Below, in pieces: positions 44,196-61,502 of a DNA stretch of 64,000 nucleotides. The notes below the pieces were generated by a model. It was not told where the DNA came from, made no database searches, and saw only the letters and a program-made list of their open reading frames with translations. Each line of letters opens with the position of its first letter. Within the stretch, counting starts at the first letter, position 1. This stretch comes from Eledone cirrhosa (taxonomy: Eukaryota): contig OZ024740.1 in the NCBI GenBank assembly GCA_964016885.1, forward strand, positions 273,172,001 to 273,236,000. The letters run 5' to 3'. The position numbers were made by a program, and so were the translations under genes.

Positions 44196-47100
44196 ATATC
44201 AAGCCACTACCTGCAGCCTCAGATATTCCGGACGTAGCGGAGGGTTCTTGCTGTTCCCAGCAAGCATGCCCTTTGAAGTGTTCCAAAAAGCAGGGCGGGG
44301 CCAATTTTCTTGAACCATCCCTGGAAACTTTTTGAGATAGTACCTAGTGCGCCTATGACAATCGGGACCACTTTGACTTCATGGCAGTTCCAAATCCTTT
44401 TTACCTCCCACTTTAAGTCCTGGTATCGGTTAATTTTCTCCCTCTCCTTCTCTTGCACCCTCGTGTCGAATGGGCAGGCCGCATCCACAATCAGGCACGA
44501 TCTTTTTTCCTTGTCTAAAACCACCAGGTTAGGTATATTGTGTTCCAGTTTCTTGTCCGTCTGTATCCTAAAATCCCACAGCACCTTCACCTGATCGTTT
44601 TCTATCACCGCCTCTGGCTTATGCTCATACCACTTCTCAGAATGTGGTAAATTGTTTACTTTGCACAGGTGCCAGTGGATCACCCTGCTCATCACATCAT
44701 GTCTCCAGCCTTTATAGTGAGTCTGGGATAGGTGTTTACACTCGGATACAATGTCAGCCACAGTCTCCTCTCTCTCCACAGATCCTGCACAGTGGCCTAG
44801 CCTCCTCCTTGTAAATATGGTGTTTCAGCCACTTCGTTGTGAGGGCCTGCTCCTGCGCAGCCATTAGCATTCCTTCTGTAGCCTTTTTAAGGTCTCCTCT
44901 TTTCAACCAGGTCCATGTCTGTGGATCTCTGAAATCCGTTTTCTCAAAGAAGGTACTATGAAGAGATTTTTCATGAAGGCTGCTCTTTCTCCTTGTTGTT
45001 ATTTCCTCCTTGGACATCCCCTGGTCTATTGTCCTCACATTCAGTACACTTCTAAGCATTGTCTCCTTACTATCGGTCACGTATTTGTGTAGGTTGTTTT
45101 TCTCCATCTGAACACAGTCCTCTATGCTGATAAGGCCTATTCCACCTTCATATCTCCTTAAGTAGAGTCTATCGACATCACTCCTCACGTGGAACATGTT
45201 GTAGATAGTCAATAGCTTTCTAGTCTTCCTATCCATTTCTTTTTGTTCAGCAACATTCCATCTCAGAATTCCCGCACTCTACCTAATAATAGACACAGCT
45301 CGGGAATTTACTGCACTTATGGCATTCCTACTGTTCAGATGTGACTTTAATACGCTCCTTACTCGCCGAATGTATTCAGATCTTATCAATTCCTTCATTT
45401 TTTGGTTCTTGATATCATCAGCCTCCAGAATACGCAAATACTTGTATGCTTCTTCAGTGTCAATTTCTTTATCATCTCACCTGTTGGTACCTGGATTCCG
45501 TTGCTTCTGCTCAATTTACCCCTCTTCATCACAAGGACTCCACGCGTACTAATACCAAATTGCATACATATATCATTGCTGAAAATACGGACAGTGTCAA
45601 CAAGCACATCCAACTCCTTCTCACTCTTCCCGAAGAGCTTAAGATCGTCCATGAAGAGGAGGTGATTGATGGTAAGCGCTCCCTTTCCAAACTTCTATCA
45701 TGCTCTCACTTTTCGCAGTATAATGGTCAGGGGCATCAGGGCAAGGACAAACAACAGAGGGGACAGACTATCTCCCTGGAAGATACCTCTCTTGATCTTC
45801 ACGCCTCCCAAGGATTCTCCAGCTGATGTTAACTCTGTTTTCCAGGACTTCATACTTTTGCTCAACAACTGTCTGATGTTATCTGCCACCTTGAAATCAC
45901 TAGGCTTTTGGTGATCCAAGAATGAGGCACCATGTCAAATGCCTTTTTTAGTCTATCCATCCCATGGCAAGACCAGGGTGTCTCCTCTTGCAATTCCTCA
46001 TTACCACCTTATCAATAAGTAACTGGTCCTTTGTACCACGGGACTTCTTTCGGCATCCTTTCTGTTCGTCCGATAACAAGTTGTTTGTGTTGAGGTGATG
46101 GTAGATTTCCTCAGACACAATGCTTGTCAACAGTTTCCACATTACGGACAGACATGTGATAGGTCTATAGTTGGTAACATCATTACCCTCGATTCGGTCT
46201 TTCATTACCAGAACTGTGGTACCTTTTGTCAACCACTCTGGTACCTTACCTGACATCAAGCAATCATTGAACATGGTCGTCAGTTTCGGGTGGAGGGATG
46301 TTATATTTTTAATCCAATACCCTTGCACACCATCTGGGCCTGGTGATTTCCAGCTGGTTAGCTTTTGGGCCTGTCCCTTAAGAGTTTCAACTGTGATACT
46401 CAAATCAGTTTGTTGGTGTGCCTGTTCACTAATCTCCTTTTGTACCGTCTCAATCCACACTGCCTGGTCATTATGTTTAACATCATGCTCCCATATTCCT
46501 CTCCAGAATGTCTTAGTTTGTTCCGCCTTAGGGATCAAGTCGTTGCCTCTTTCTTTCTCTTCAAGCTGTCCGAACAACATCTTCTGGTTGTTGTCAAACA
46601 TGCGGTTCTGTCTATACTGACTGACTCTGCTCTCGTATCGCCTAATTTTTGCACTCTTTGCTACAATGCATTGCTTCAGTTCCTCTATGATAATATTTAG
46701 CTTTTTCCTCCTAATTTTGTACTTTATTTCCAGTCTATTTTTAGTGTCTATGTTTTTTAGTGTCCCATTCAGTAGGGACTCAAGCTTTCCAATGTCTTTT
46801 CTCATTTCCCTGATTTGACCATTCAGTCGTTTCTTCCACCAAGGTTCTGATCTTTCTTGTTTGTTGTTTTCTCTCATTTTTCTGCCAAGTAATTTCCTCG
46901 CCGCATTTGCTGTTGCTTTGAGGATATTGTTGCATTGATGAAGGTTCCTCGCTTCAAGGTATGGGATGACTTTGTTTACTTTAGCTGTTGTTTCTTTTAA
47001 CTTGTTCCTGTCTACAAATCTTAGGTTCATAGATTTCCCACTATCATTATTCATTTCATCTACCACTAAGTTTAGGATATCAACCAAATCTTGTCCTAGC

Positions 47101-47735
47101 CCGTCAGCATTCATCTCCTCAATGGCCCTATCTTTGTTCCAGGTATTATTTATTTCAGCATTCAGATCATTGTCTGCTTCGGATGGTTCCTCCGTTCTCT
47201 CAACCTCTTCACTATCATTTCTCACTGGCTCGTTTGCCTGGCATACTCCACTCTCCATTTCCAACCTAATCTCTCTGCTCAGTTCCTCCAGTTCTAGCTC
47301 GCTTATCCACCCATTAGTTCTTATTACCCGATCCTGCACGGCCAATTTTTGTTCATCTAATTTAAATAGACCAATCTCGTTCCAGATGTTATGCTTCCGT
47401 TTTCTATAGTCTTTTTCCTTGGGGTTACTCTTCAGGTAACTTTGCATAACAGTTCTATTCAATTCTTTCGTCCAGTTGGTTCTGGTCCCTTTCCTTCTTC
47501 TTTCTCCGACACCAGCAGTATTTGGATGACAGCCAGGTCCCTGCAGCTGAGCCGGGGAGCACCTGCTGGGTGAGAGTCTGTCACATGACATTCCAGTCTC
47601 CACTTCACTGTTATTCGAACTGTTTAGGTTCGACATTGAAACACTCTTATCGAAGATTGGTGAATGTATGGTTACATAACAACCGGTGATTTGATCACTC
47701 TCGGTGATTTTAGCGTGGCACTATCACGCTGTAGA
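44196..47735 (-). mobile_element. R4/Dong-clade retrotransposon, second family, near full-length and degenerate
   Basis: ORF pieces 45948-47636 (NWTKELN, KSPGPDG, NYRPITCL), GIFQGDSLSPLLF, MDDLKLF, CRIC, RHD, DAACP..EK..RY, PIVIGALG. Confidence 0.92.
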
Positions 47736-48139
47736 CGAACATAAATAAACAAACAAACAAATAGGTAAAAAAAAAACCAAAATAACCATAAGTTTCATTG
47801 TAATGTAATGTTTGAATGTCTGACTTAGTTTTTTTGCTTGTCTGTCTGTCTGCTTTTCTTTTCTTTTTTCTTTTCTTTACATTTTTCGTTGCTGCTGTGC
47901 TGTTTTGATTTTGATTTTTGATTTTTTGATTTTTTTGACCGGGTCATCAAATCAGTCTATTTATATCTTTTGATGCCTTCCTCATTTAGTGCGAATACTA
48001 CGATGCCAGTCTTAGCAGGAGGCAGTGAGGGAGAATAGCGGCGGTAACGATAATGAGGCAGTGGTGGTGGCGGTGATGTGCTAGTAGTACTTAGCAGGAG
48101 GTAGTGGGAGAGAATAGCGGCGGTAGCGATAATGAGGCA

Positions 48140-48350
48140 GGTCAGGGTCACTGTGGCTTTTTAATGGGCTTTCTCCACGAATGTCCCTCGGAAGTCTCCC
48201 CCCTATTGGGGAATTTTTTCATTGTTCTATTATTACATCCTCTGTTTCTTGTTTTTTACACGCAGAAATGCCCATTTGTACCGTCCTGTATTGTCCTGTA
48301 CTGTTCTTAATGTCTACTTTATGTAAACCCTTGTGGTTAATAAAGAAAGC
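48140..48350 (+). mobile_element. Tx1/L1-like LINE 3' UTR copy
   Basis: Homologous to the reverse complement of 27783-27993; (ATT)n tail. Confidence 0.7.
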
Positions 48351-48375
48351 ATTATTATTATTATTATTATTATTA

Positions 48376-48436
<61 letters not shown>

Positions 48437-48592
48437 ACGAAGGAATTGTGGTAAGGACCATAACGTACCAAAGTACTCAATAGTTAGGGTAGTAGAGTGG
48501 GTAATAGGAACAAGTAAGACCCCGACGGCAGAGCTCAAGCCGTTTCGACGGCTATTTCTGGAAATTGAGCTCTGCCGTCGGGGTCTTACTTG

Positions 48593-48596
<4 letters not shown>
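48437..48596 (-). mobile_element. TA-embedded fold-back element (second copy at 51891-52071)
   Basis: Arms GAACAAGTAAGACCCCGACGGCAGAGCTCAA and its complement; hammerhead 3' half GAAACGGC..GCCGTC on the minus strand. Confidence 0.7.
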
Positions 48597-48636
<40 letters not shown>

Positions 48637-48639
48637 TTC

Positions 48640-49980
48640 GCTAATATGCATATTCACACAAAATTTGTGTTTTATTGGGGCAGATTCACTAATTATAAGA
48701 TCCGAAATGTAAAAGGTTGCATGACTGTGTGATCGTTGGTTGCAGTGGCATGTTGTAATCTTAATGGCTCTTTCATAAATCGCCAATCCGTGCGTTGTGC
48801 GATCGTTGAGAGGTACAAGAATTATGCGATGTCATCGGGAATTCAGGAGGTCCAATGAGATCGTGTCTTGTAGTGCGGACTTTCAGTTTCATATGAAATA
48901 GTATTTTTGATACAAGCATGACCTGAAGATTTCTGCTTTGGGGTTTTGGTAAACAGCTGATGAGCATAGATCATTAAAGATCCTGAATTTCTCACGTAAA
49001 AAGAGCTAGCATTTTTTGCTTCCGTTTTTGTATGATCTTTAATTTCCAGGCATTTTCCATGTGATGTCATGGGAGTATTCTCTTTTCTTTTTGCTTCCAG
49101 ACCCTTTTACCCGTGCAGTGGTGGTTTTCATCTTGGGATGTCTAAATGAGAAAAGATGCAGGTAGAAACTTTGTTCAAAATGGTCCTACATCATACCTAC
49201 ATATTTTCCGCGGGTCTCTGGCTTATTGGCGTTTGTATATTTGATCTTTGTTTCGTAAACTAAGAATTTAACGTTACAGTTTTGTTGTAATGGACAGTCA
49301 TCTTTCTTCCTGCCAGAGCATCCTAGATGTTCACAGGGCTTGCTCTTTGCAGTTATTTTCGATTTCATGGATGGGGCGCAAGAATAGGAAACTCTCACTG
49401 GACGTCGATTGAAGATGTTACTGAATCTGTGTTGAGGTGTAAACTGATTATCTATAAGGTCTAACACCAATATTAGTTTTTACATTTAGTGAGAAAGGAG
49501 GCACGAAGCAGATTATTTTTCTTCTTCTGCTGTTATTTCTATGTGGGTTGCTTTTAGAAATGTGATAGATTTGTTCTTTAAATCCACATCCTCGTAGGGC
49601 CTTCTAGTACGGCGCTACTCTTTCAATTATCTCTCTGTTGGATGATAAGTTCGTGAACCTGCCGCTAATGTTGGGTACTAGATATTTAAAGACAGTGGAC
49701 AGGGGGCGTCATCCTATGTTGATGTATTTCAATCTCCCATTCGGTTTGTGTTATGGCATATATGTGCTTGTTTGTACTTCAAAGTTGACGTCGAGAAATT
49801 TTGCGCTAGTGATGTTCGTATCGACTGTGATTTAAAGGCCAGGATCGCGAAAGGTATTTATCAGGTCATTACGGAACTTCTCCATATCGTGTCCGTTGCG
49901 GCGTCGCCGTATAGACCCATGGTGTGGTTGGGGAATTTCTGCTTAAGCGTACGGAGGATGTATACTCCAACAAGATTACA
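48640..49980 (-). pseudogene. Naiad-like PLE remnant (RT C-terminal half + GIY-YIG)
   Basis: LVGVY..GLYGD, KFLDVNF, IFNRRPVRVSYSCAPSM, CPLQQNC..LVY..KYVG, GSKKCxLxLREK. Confidence 0.8.
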
Positions 49981-49984
49981 TTAA

Positions 49985-50282
<298 letters not shown>

Positions 50283-50325
50283 GTTTCTACTTTTGGCACA
50301 ATGCCAGCAATTCACCAGTGCATTA

Positions 50326-50402
<77 letters not shown>

Positions 50403-51329
50403 TACTTACAGTGCAACAGAACTCTCACGAAGATATTCTTAAATTCATAATCATCCTATTATACTGCTTAATTACACATCTCTCGATAAATACATCACAT
50501 GGCGAGGAAGATTTCTAAATCAGATAGGAATCCTTGAACTGTATCAACATATATTCTTCATTCCATGCTCTGCTATCGTTGGTTTGCAATTCTATCATAT
50601 GTGCTTCAATTTGGCTGTAATCACAAAGGAATAAATGACTGTATTTGTACACTAAATATTTTAATTAAGTGATTCCTGCTAAATGATTAAGCAATTTACT
50701 TTACTGGTAATTAATCATGATCTTGATTTTAGTATACAACAGAAATTACAAAACCAAACCTAGTCTTGCTCTGGGTTTATCATCTTAGCTCCATCGTGAT
50801 AAGCTGTTGTAAATCATCATTAAATCACATGTATTTGTGAGTGGGAGAGAGCAAGAGATCTATATATACATTTACTTATTTACTTTAGTCTCATAGACAC
50901 CAGGTGAGTTTTCTAGATGAACAATTTCATCCCTTTGCTCCAGTGGTAGCTGAGAGAAAACAATCGTCAATATTGTTTCGGAGTGTTTGTTCCTCATCAG
51001 TTTTGGGTATTCCCCTGTCTGCTACTCACTGGAACTGCTCACGATACATAGTATTCTTAAATTTATACATTGGCTTATTAGCCTCATTTGCATACCAATT
51101 GTGCAGTGAATATCAGCCAGGAGAACAGAAAATCTTGATGAGGAACAAACACTCAGACGCACTATTGTCGAGTGCTTTCTCTCAACTACCACTAGAACAA
51201 AAGGATGAGGTTATACATCTAAAATAAAAGGAATGGTGTCTATGTGGCTGTTTGCTTGCAAAAAAAAACGAACATTAATAATACTATATTATTGTTATTC
51301 ACTCACAACTACATTTAGAAAGTAATTTT

Positions 51330-51382
<53 letters not shown>

Positions 51383-51394
51383 TATATTATTTTA

Positions 51395-51552
<158 letters not shown>

Positions 51553-51890
51553 ATATATATATGTATGCACGTGTATTTATGTATGTATATATATATATAT
51601 ATATATATATTTATTTACAGTGAGGGGGCAGCCATCATCATATATATATGTATGCATGTATGTATCTTTGTATATATGTATAGATGTCTGAACATGATGT
51701 TCAAAAGCATAAATACTTTACGATTCTACCAACGAATCAGAGTTAGCCGTTCTGGAGACAGTTAAATAATCAGAAAGGAATGGCGCCACTAGCGAGCCCT
51801 CTCTTTGAATACTTAAAGCGTAGTGGTATTAATGAACACCTCTCTAAAATTCATAGCCTGCCTATAAAAATGCATATATATATATATATA

Positions 51891-52071
51891 ACGAAGGAAA
51901 TGTGGTAAGGAACCAGGTGGACCATAACGCACCAAAGTACTCAATACTTGAGGTAGTAGAGTGGGTAATAGGAACCAGTAAGACCCCGACAGCTGAGCTC
52001 AAGCCGTTTCGATGTCCAGAATTAGCCGTCGAAACGGCTTGACCTCAGCTGTCGGGGTCTTACTGGTTCCT
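51891..52071 (-). mobile_element. TA-embedded fold-back element (same family as 48437)
   Basis: Arms ~51968-52012 and ~52029-52073 with GAAACGGCT..AGCTGTC on both strands. Confidence 0.7.
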
Positions 52072-52818
52072 ATATATATATATATCATAGATTGAGTTAG
52101 AAACTCAAATCGAGACAGTCAAATCATATTGTTTTGAATTAGTATTTTTTCAACCTAGTTAACTTGGTCATTTTCAATTGAAACACATGTATACTTGTAT
52201 AGGAGTTCATCCCTCTCATATATTCAATTATATATATATATATGATAAGGTTTTAGATCGATATTCACTGATTTCGACATCATTGTTTACAATTTGTTCT
52301 ACAAAATCATTTGGAGCACATACATTGTATTAAACGTAATGCATCATCCACAGCCTGAAGCCTAAACTTTAAAGACAATGTAATTACTGTATATGACAGA
52401 TAAACATGTGAAAATGTTAAAGTACTCACAATTTATAAACATCCAGGTCTAAGCTACTACAGTACTTTTTCAAATCCCGTGAAAAGTCCGCTGGTCATCG
52501 ATTAATAATAAATCCATAAGCAGCAGATTTTAGACAATGGAATCTCTTATAGGAATAAGAAATTTCCGAGAATCGACCTTACTACTACATTGTCATGTTG
52601 GTTGTGGTGTCCCATGTGTGGCATTAGCTTCTTGTCGGGTAGCAAATGATAGCAACAATGGGTGACTAGCTGGCGTTGGTGGTAATGCTTAATATAGCAT
52701 GATGATGTCACCAATATGGAGCACTCGATCATTTAAGGAATACATTTTAAGAGTTAATTATAATAATACAGGTTTAGATCGATATCAAGTGATTTCGATA
52801 TCGCTCTTTGTAATTTGT

Positions 52819-52887
<69 letters not shown>

Positions 52888-53914
52888 AGAGAGAGAGAGG
52901 GGGGGGGGAGAAAGAAAGCCAGAGAAGTGGTTGAAATTGATCCATTACTTGATTGATACTTTAGTTATTGACCCGAAAGTGTGAAAGCAATGTTGACCTT
53001 GACTGTTTTTGAACTTATCGTGTAGAGAGCCAAAATGAATACCAGAAGCCATTATATCCCGCTCTCTAATACCTCTGGCAATGCGTCAATATATAATAAA
53101 ACTGTATATTTGTATATAAGGATCTATAATCTCTAGCATGCCATTCAATTTGGTGTGATTTGAAAAACAGATTTAACGGCTATTTTTAGCAGGTCAATGT
53201 ATGACATAGAGAGTCTTCCTTTATTGGTTTGTGATTATTATAGAGGTTATTGTTACATATACAACAAAGCACATACTGTTATGCGGTGTGAATAAGTCAG
53301 ACTTCTTTGCACGAACTTTTACAAAAAGCAACAAGTGAAATTTTATTAAAGATCCCTGCAATCAATTCTAGTCAAGAAATAACACAATAAAAATATCAAA
53401 CTTGTAAGTCTATACTTGGAGCAGGGAACTTTTTAATATTTGAAAACCTAATTGAATTGTGATCTCATAAAACGGCATAAGAGAAATTTTCATTAAATAT
53501 ATAGGGAAATGCAATTACATTTATTGAGTAAATGTAATTATCTCAAATATTATTCTGAGTGTCAAGACATGTTTAACCGTTAAGCTTTTAACAACCTTAA
53601 CCATGGGACAAAATTGTGAGCTTTAACACAATAAAAGAAGTGTGTGAGTTACACTTTCCATATCTTTCACAGTGGAATGAAAATGAAAACAAAATCAAAA
53701 TCTTTAACATAATGAAATAATCTTAAGAAGATATAGATTGATGCACCAAAATAAAAATAGTAACATTCATGAAACGTGTAATTCCCACATGCCCCACAAG
53801 TATATATTAAGGGAAGAAAGAAATGTGTAAACCGACATTTTAGTTACATACATCATATATACATATATATATGCTCTCTCTCTCTCTCTCTCTGTCTCTC
53901 TCACTCTCTTTCTC

Positions 53915-53981
<67 letters not shown>

Positions 53982-53989
53982 ATCTATCT

Positions 53990-54642
53990 AGGTAATATCC
54001 GTAGTGGTAGAGCACTCAATCCATGGGACGAGTTTGGTAGAAGTAGTAACATACCGAGAACAATTGTTTCACTTTATGCAGATCTTCAGCTCGGACTGGT
54101 AATGGTTATACGGAACAGGAAGAACAACCGTATGGACGCGCATGCGCAGAAACGATCACTTCACCCAAGCAATGCAAAACCATGGGCGAAAGATGTAAGG
54201 GAGATAACTGCGAGTGCCCGGAATAAAATGTTCGAGTAGATTAGAAAATTAGAATGTCGTTGTTATTCAATCCGGTGCTTTGTAGTTATTCAATAGGTGT
54301 TTCCAGATATGTGGACAACGTGAGAAGATCTCATTCCTTGATTTTAGGCAGTCGCTATGGCGCAATCTCCTTAAAATATTTACCCTATCTTAAATCGGCC
54401 CTCCGCCATACCCACATAGGATTTAACCTCCTGTGAGGGATTTGGTCGGTTGGAAGTGACCACAACTTCATAAACTACAGCGGGTGTGTTGCATTGCTGA
54501 TAAAGGGGACAAGCTTCAGGCTTTCGGCAAGAGAATCCTGGTAGGGTGCCGCTCTTAGGACTGTTAGTGGTGTGGGCCTTCATATTCTTAGCGCAGGAGT
54601 ACCCTAGTTTTAATCTGTGTCTGTTAAAGATGGAGTGCTATT

Positions 54643-54645
<3 letters not shown>
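53990..54645 (-). mobile_element. Naiad-like PLE 3' fragment (GIY-YIG + pseudo-LTR)
   Basis: IFNRHRLKLGYSCAKNM..SCRKPEACPL..CNTPAVVY..SYVGMAEGRFK; hammerhead downstream. Confidence 0.8.
54054..54094 (-). ncRNA. Type I minimal hammerhead ribozyme
   Basis: Reverse strand: CCGAG-CTGAAGA-T-CT(GCATAA)AG-T-GAAAC-AATT-GTT-CTCGG; perfect 5-bp stem I. Confidence 0.78.
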
Positions 54646-54682
<37 letters not shown>

Positions 54683-54971
54683 GAGGGAGAGAGAGATAGA
54701 TAGATAGAAGAAAAACGAAACAATGTTTCCTGTGTCATCATTTGAAAATTATCGGTCTTTCCTCCATATCTCTTAATGCTTCGTATTAACTACACTTATA
54801 TACATATGTGATTTGTTTTTGAATTTGTTTTGCGAGATTTCTTATCTGAAAACATGTGTTGAAACAGATATGGTTATTCTTTGGGAGAGTAATGTGGTCA
54901 ATAAAAACAAGAACACACAAAAACAAGAAGGCTTAGGACAGGACAAAGGAGAGACACAAAATAATACCCTA

Positions 54972-55014
54972 GACACTGAGGAAGTCACAGCATGTGTGAC
55001 GAAAGAGCTTTGGC
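54972..55014 (+). ncRNA. Minimal hammerhead in a solo pseudo-LTR (~54870-55142)
   Basis: GACA-CTGAGGA-A-GTCACA(GCATG)TGTGAC-GAAA-G-AG-C-TT-TGGC. Confidence 0.7.
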
Positions 55015-55137
55015 AATATATAAACAACCTTCCTTTTATCGAACCAACCAACCAGCCAACCGGAAATTTGCAATAAATTGAAGGGAAAACCAACAGGTGC
55101 ACGTGTTTTTATTGGCAACATGACCCTCCGAAAGTAT

Positions 55138-57642
<2,505 letters not shown>

Positions 57643-58129
57643 TTTTCTTATTTCAGTTATGAGACTGTTTCTAAGCTGGGGTATTACGTTAAGGGATTCA
57701 GTCAATCATTTGTCCCCAATACTTGACTGTTATTTTATGTTATCCAACTTGGAAGGTTGAATAGTAAAAAATCGCTTGGCAACATGTGAACTGAGAACAT
57801 AAAGAGCTAGAACCAACAATGAATACCATTTGGAAGATGCCTATTTGAAAATGTGATTGGCGTCTCAAAAACCTACATGTGGTCATACAGTATCAGTTTC
57901 CTTATCCTTGTTCTGGATAATGTCTCCTTAAACCTTGTAAAACAAATATTTTTTAAGGTGCAGTTATATTGTTTGCATTTGTTCTGGTAGCCGTGATGTA
58001 TTTGTAAGCAATCAATTTGAGCTTAGAATATATTTGATCTGAGAAAACCCAAATTCACAGTAAAGGGTAATCTTAAATGGACCAGGATTAAGGCAGATAC
58101 CTCTTTTGAAATCATTTAGTGAATGGAAA

Positions 58130-58735
58130 ATCAATTGAGAAATAGAGAGTAAAGAGAATGAAAGATAGAATAATGGAAAGGAAAAAGAAGGAAAGAAAGG
58201 AGGCATGAATAATCAACAGATTGAGTAAAGAGAGGACTTGGAGGGGAAAAAGCAAAACCCCAAAAATAAAAAAAAAAGTATAAAAAGTAAAAAATCTTAG
58301 CAAGAAAAAGAGAAATGAAAGAAGCAATGAAAATCATAACTTGAAAAAAAGGGAAAGAAATGGAGGAAGAAAAGAAAGCAATGACAATTATGCCAAAACT
58401 GACAGAAAGAAAGAATGAAATAATAAAGAATGAAAGAAAGAAAAGAATAAAAGAAAGAAAAAAAGAAGGAAGGAAAGTATCGAGTATCATGCCAGAAATG
58501 AAAGAAAATAGAAAGAAGAAAAGAAATAATGAAAGCAATGAAAATTATGCCAGGAAAGAAAGAAAGGAAAAGTGAAAGGTAAACATGTCAAGAATGAGAG
58601 AAAAAAAGAGAGAACAATGAAGAAAAATCTAGAACAAACAGTGCAAGAAAGAAAAAAATGACGGAAGGAAGGAAAGAAGAAAGGAAGGAAATCCACACAG
58701 CAAGAAAGAAGGGGGAAAAGACAAAAGACAGACAT
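58130..58735. repeat. Purine-rich (A/G) low-complexity tract
   Basis: Degenerate GAAA/GGAA repeats. Confidence 0.85.
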
Positions 58736-58830
58736 TTATGAAGTGTTGTAGTGATTGAAAATCTCCAGAAATACCATGTGTAAATGAAAAAAGGAGTGAG
58801 TTTGATGTTTGGTTGGAGAGAAGCCAAGAT

Positions 58831-58864
<34 letters not shown>

Positions 58865-58979
58865 ATATGTTTATTTACAGATGTATTTGTTTATGTGTCC
58901 GTATGTGTGCCCGTAAATGCACATGTGTGTGTATGTGTGTTTGTGTGTCTTATTGTATGTCTGACCATATGTCTATGTC

Positions 58980-59045
<66 letters not shown>

Positions 59046-60639
59046 AGATTTACTTTAGACAAATATGGGCATTTCGAATAGTTGTTGAATAATGTAGCCC
59101 TTAATATAAAAGTTGATAGGACGGTCATGAATAAAATGTCTTTCACCATAGGTCAGCTCCCACAGGTTTGATATATGGCTAAACAACAATAACCACCACC
59201 CCTTCAAATGACCACTGATTTTTTTTGTCTACTGCAGCAATTCTAAATGTAACTAATCAAATGCAATCAGCTGTGGATAATCCAACTTTTTATTATTATT
59301 TGGGATCGCATTTCTCGATGTGTTCTTTCTTTCCCACTATGATGAAGTTGTATGATTTAAGGAAACTTAGATTTTTATTTTTAGCACTTGAAATTACATT
59401 GTAAAGGCTCCTTAGTTGGTGTTTGTGCATGATGTTGGGGAGGTTGTTGATGTTGTTTAGTCCCAAGTCAGCCTCGATTAAACAGTCTTATAATATGTGA
59501 CATTCTAACTGTGACCATCCCATTCCTTGCATATCAGCAGGCAAGCAAATACCCCATTAGCCGATGTATCCAATTCTAAAACACTAAGGTATGATTTAAA
59601 GTAAAATTCACTGCGTTTTGTTGCAGATTTAGTGACTATATAGAGGCTTCTTTATTGCCTCTATATTTTGGATATGTTTTTAAATGGCTTTGGGGTGCTA
59701 TAATAAGAACACAATATAGTTGATAGTTGATGAGTGTTGGGTTTGTATATATGGAGTTTCAACTTGTTAGGATAGAATGTCCAGTAAGAAGCAAAGTCTT
59801 TTATGTTCTGTTCAGTCGAGTATGGATCCAAACAACAGGTCTCCTGGTAAAAGGAAAAGAGACTTAGTTGTGATGTGTTATAGTTAACAGAGATTATCAA
59901 GTCGATTATTCTCGAACTGTTTCTCAATTTTATCATGAGATTTTACTTCCAACATCTTGTACAATACAAAAGCTGAAACACACACAGTGGCAATTTCAAA
60001 CCCGGGGAAGAAAAAGTGAGAGAGAGAGAGAGAAAGAGAGAGGAGTGAGAGAGCGAAAGAGAGAGAGAGAAAGAGAAAAGGAGAGATAGAGAGAAAAAGA
60101 GAGAGGGAAAGAGAGAAAAAGAGAGAGAGAGAGAGAGTAAAACATACCTTTCTAATTTTATATGGCAATAATGCAATGCTGCAACAATTCTTCCACAGCT
60201 GCCTTGCAGACAATTCAAGACTGCCATTGACATCTGTTGGAATCCAAAGAACTGCTTTCTTGTCAAGGAGACAGACATATTCCAGAACAAACTGTCAACA
60301 GTTACAGAGCTGTTTGCGGCTTTTTGACATAGATTCGGATAACTGTTAGAAATTGAAGTATGCTTACACATGCAAAACAAACATTTTAGAACAACCATAC
60401 ACACTAACATATATTAATATTATTATGTAATACTTCAAATGTATATACATATAGATGTACACAAACAAATTCAAAAATATACGTATGTACGTCAGAACTA
60501 TGTATGTATGCATGTATGCACACATGAGTACTACTGGTAATATTTTGCCAAGAATAAGCTGTTGCATTTATAATTATTCAGAGACTGAACCAGAAACTCC
60601 CATCAAGACTGTTTAATGAATAATGTGAGCTTTTCAATA

Positions 60640-60925
60640 AAACCCTTCAAAGGAAGAAGGAACTCCTTTAGCACCACTTACCCGAACACATGTACTTGGG
60701 GATTCGTTTAGAATCTTCAAGGGTATAAGAAGCTGATCTTCGATCCCATATTCCTGCAGTTCCCATACATCCACAGCAGACCCCGAGGATAGCGGTTTAT
60801 GCAATTTCAAGGTCGACAAAAGAAGAATATACCTCTTGACAATACCACGATTCTCGAAGACCTGCCGCAGTGGGAATATTTGGTCGGTTGTGTGGCATCT
60901 GGGGCGAAAGTTGCATTGGTCACCC
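60640..60925 (-). pseudogene. RTE-clade RT fragment
   Basis: QCNFRPRCHTTDQIFPLRQVFE...LQEYGIEDQLL..LK.L...STCVRVSG. Confidence 0.7.
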
Positions 60926-61384
60926 TAAAGAAGTCAGTAGCAGGTATGCAGCTACTATTGCATCCAAATTAAGAAAACTCACTGAGCAAAATACAATAAT
61001 TTCGTCATTAAAAAATTTCACAAACAAATAAAGAAAAAAGATGGGTTTACTGCAACATATCAATTATCACAAGTAATTGTAAAAAGCTGGTAATACTATG
61101 ATAATATCTTCTATCAAAGAATCTCTCACACATGTGGTCCATCAGGACCAACTAAAGCTATAAAAAATACTACCCTTCTGCAGTGACAATTCAGTAACGT
61201 GGCACCGACGAAAATGAACCACATTTTTGTCGGTGCCACTTCGAAGAAAAACGTATTGCTGCACTCCAAAGATCGAAATTATATTGCAGGATAATTTTGA
61301 GCTGTTTACCAGATTGCACATACAGACTAAAGTTTAGAGGGGGTTAAATAGTGCGTTTTGACTTATTTTGTCGAACATTATGAA

Positions 61385-61502
61385 CATGTCCTGAGTTCAA
61401 ATCCCGCCGAGGTTAACTTTGCCTTTCATTGTTACGGAGGTCGATAAAATAAAGTACCAGTAATGCACTGGGTAATTGCTGGCCTTGTGCCAAACGTAGA
61501 AA
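61385..61502 (+). mobile_element. SINE
   Basis: CTGAGTTCAAATCCCGCCGAGG...GTCGATAAAATAAAGTACCAG...GTAGAAA. Confidence 0.8.
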
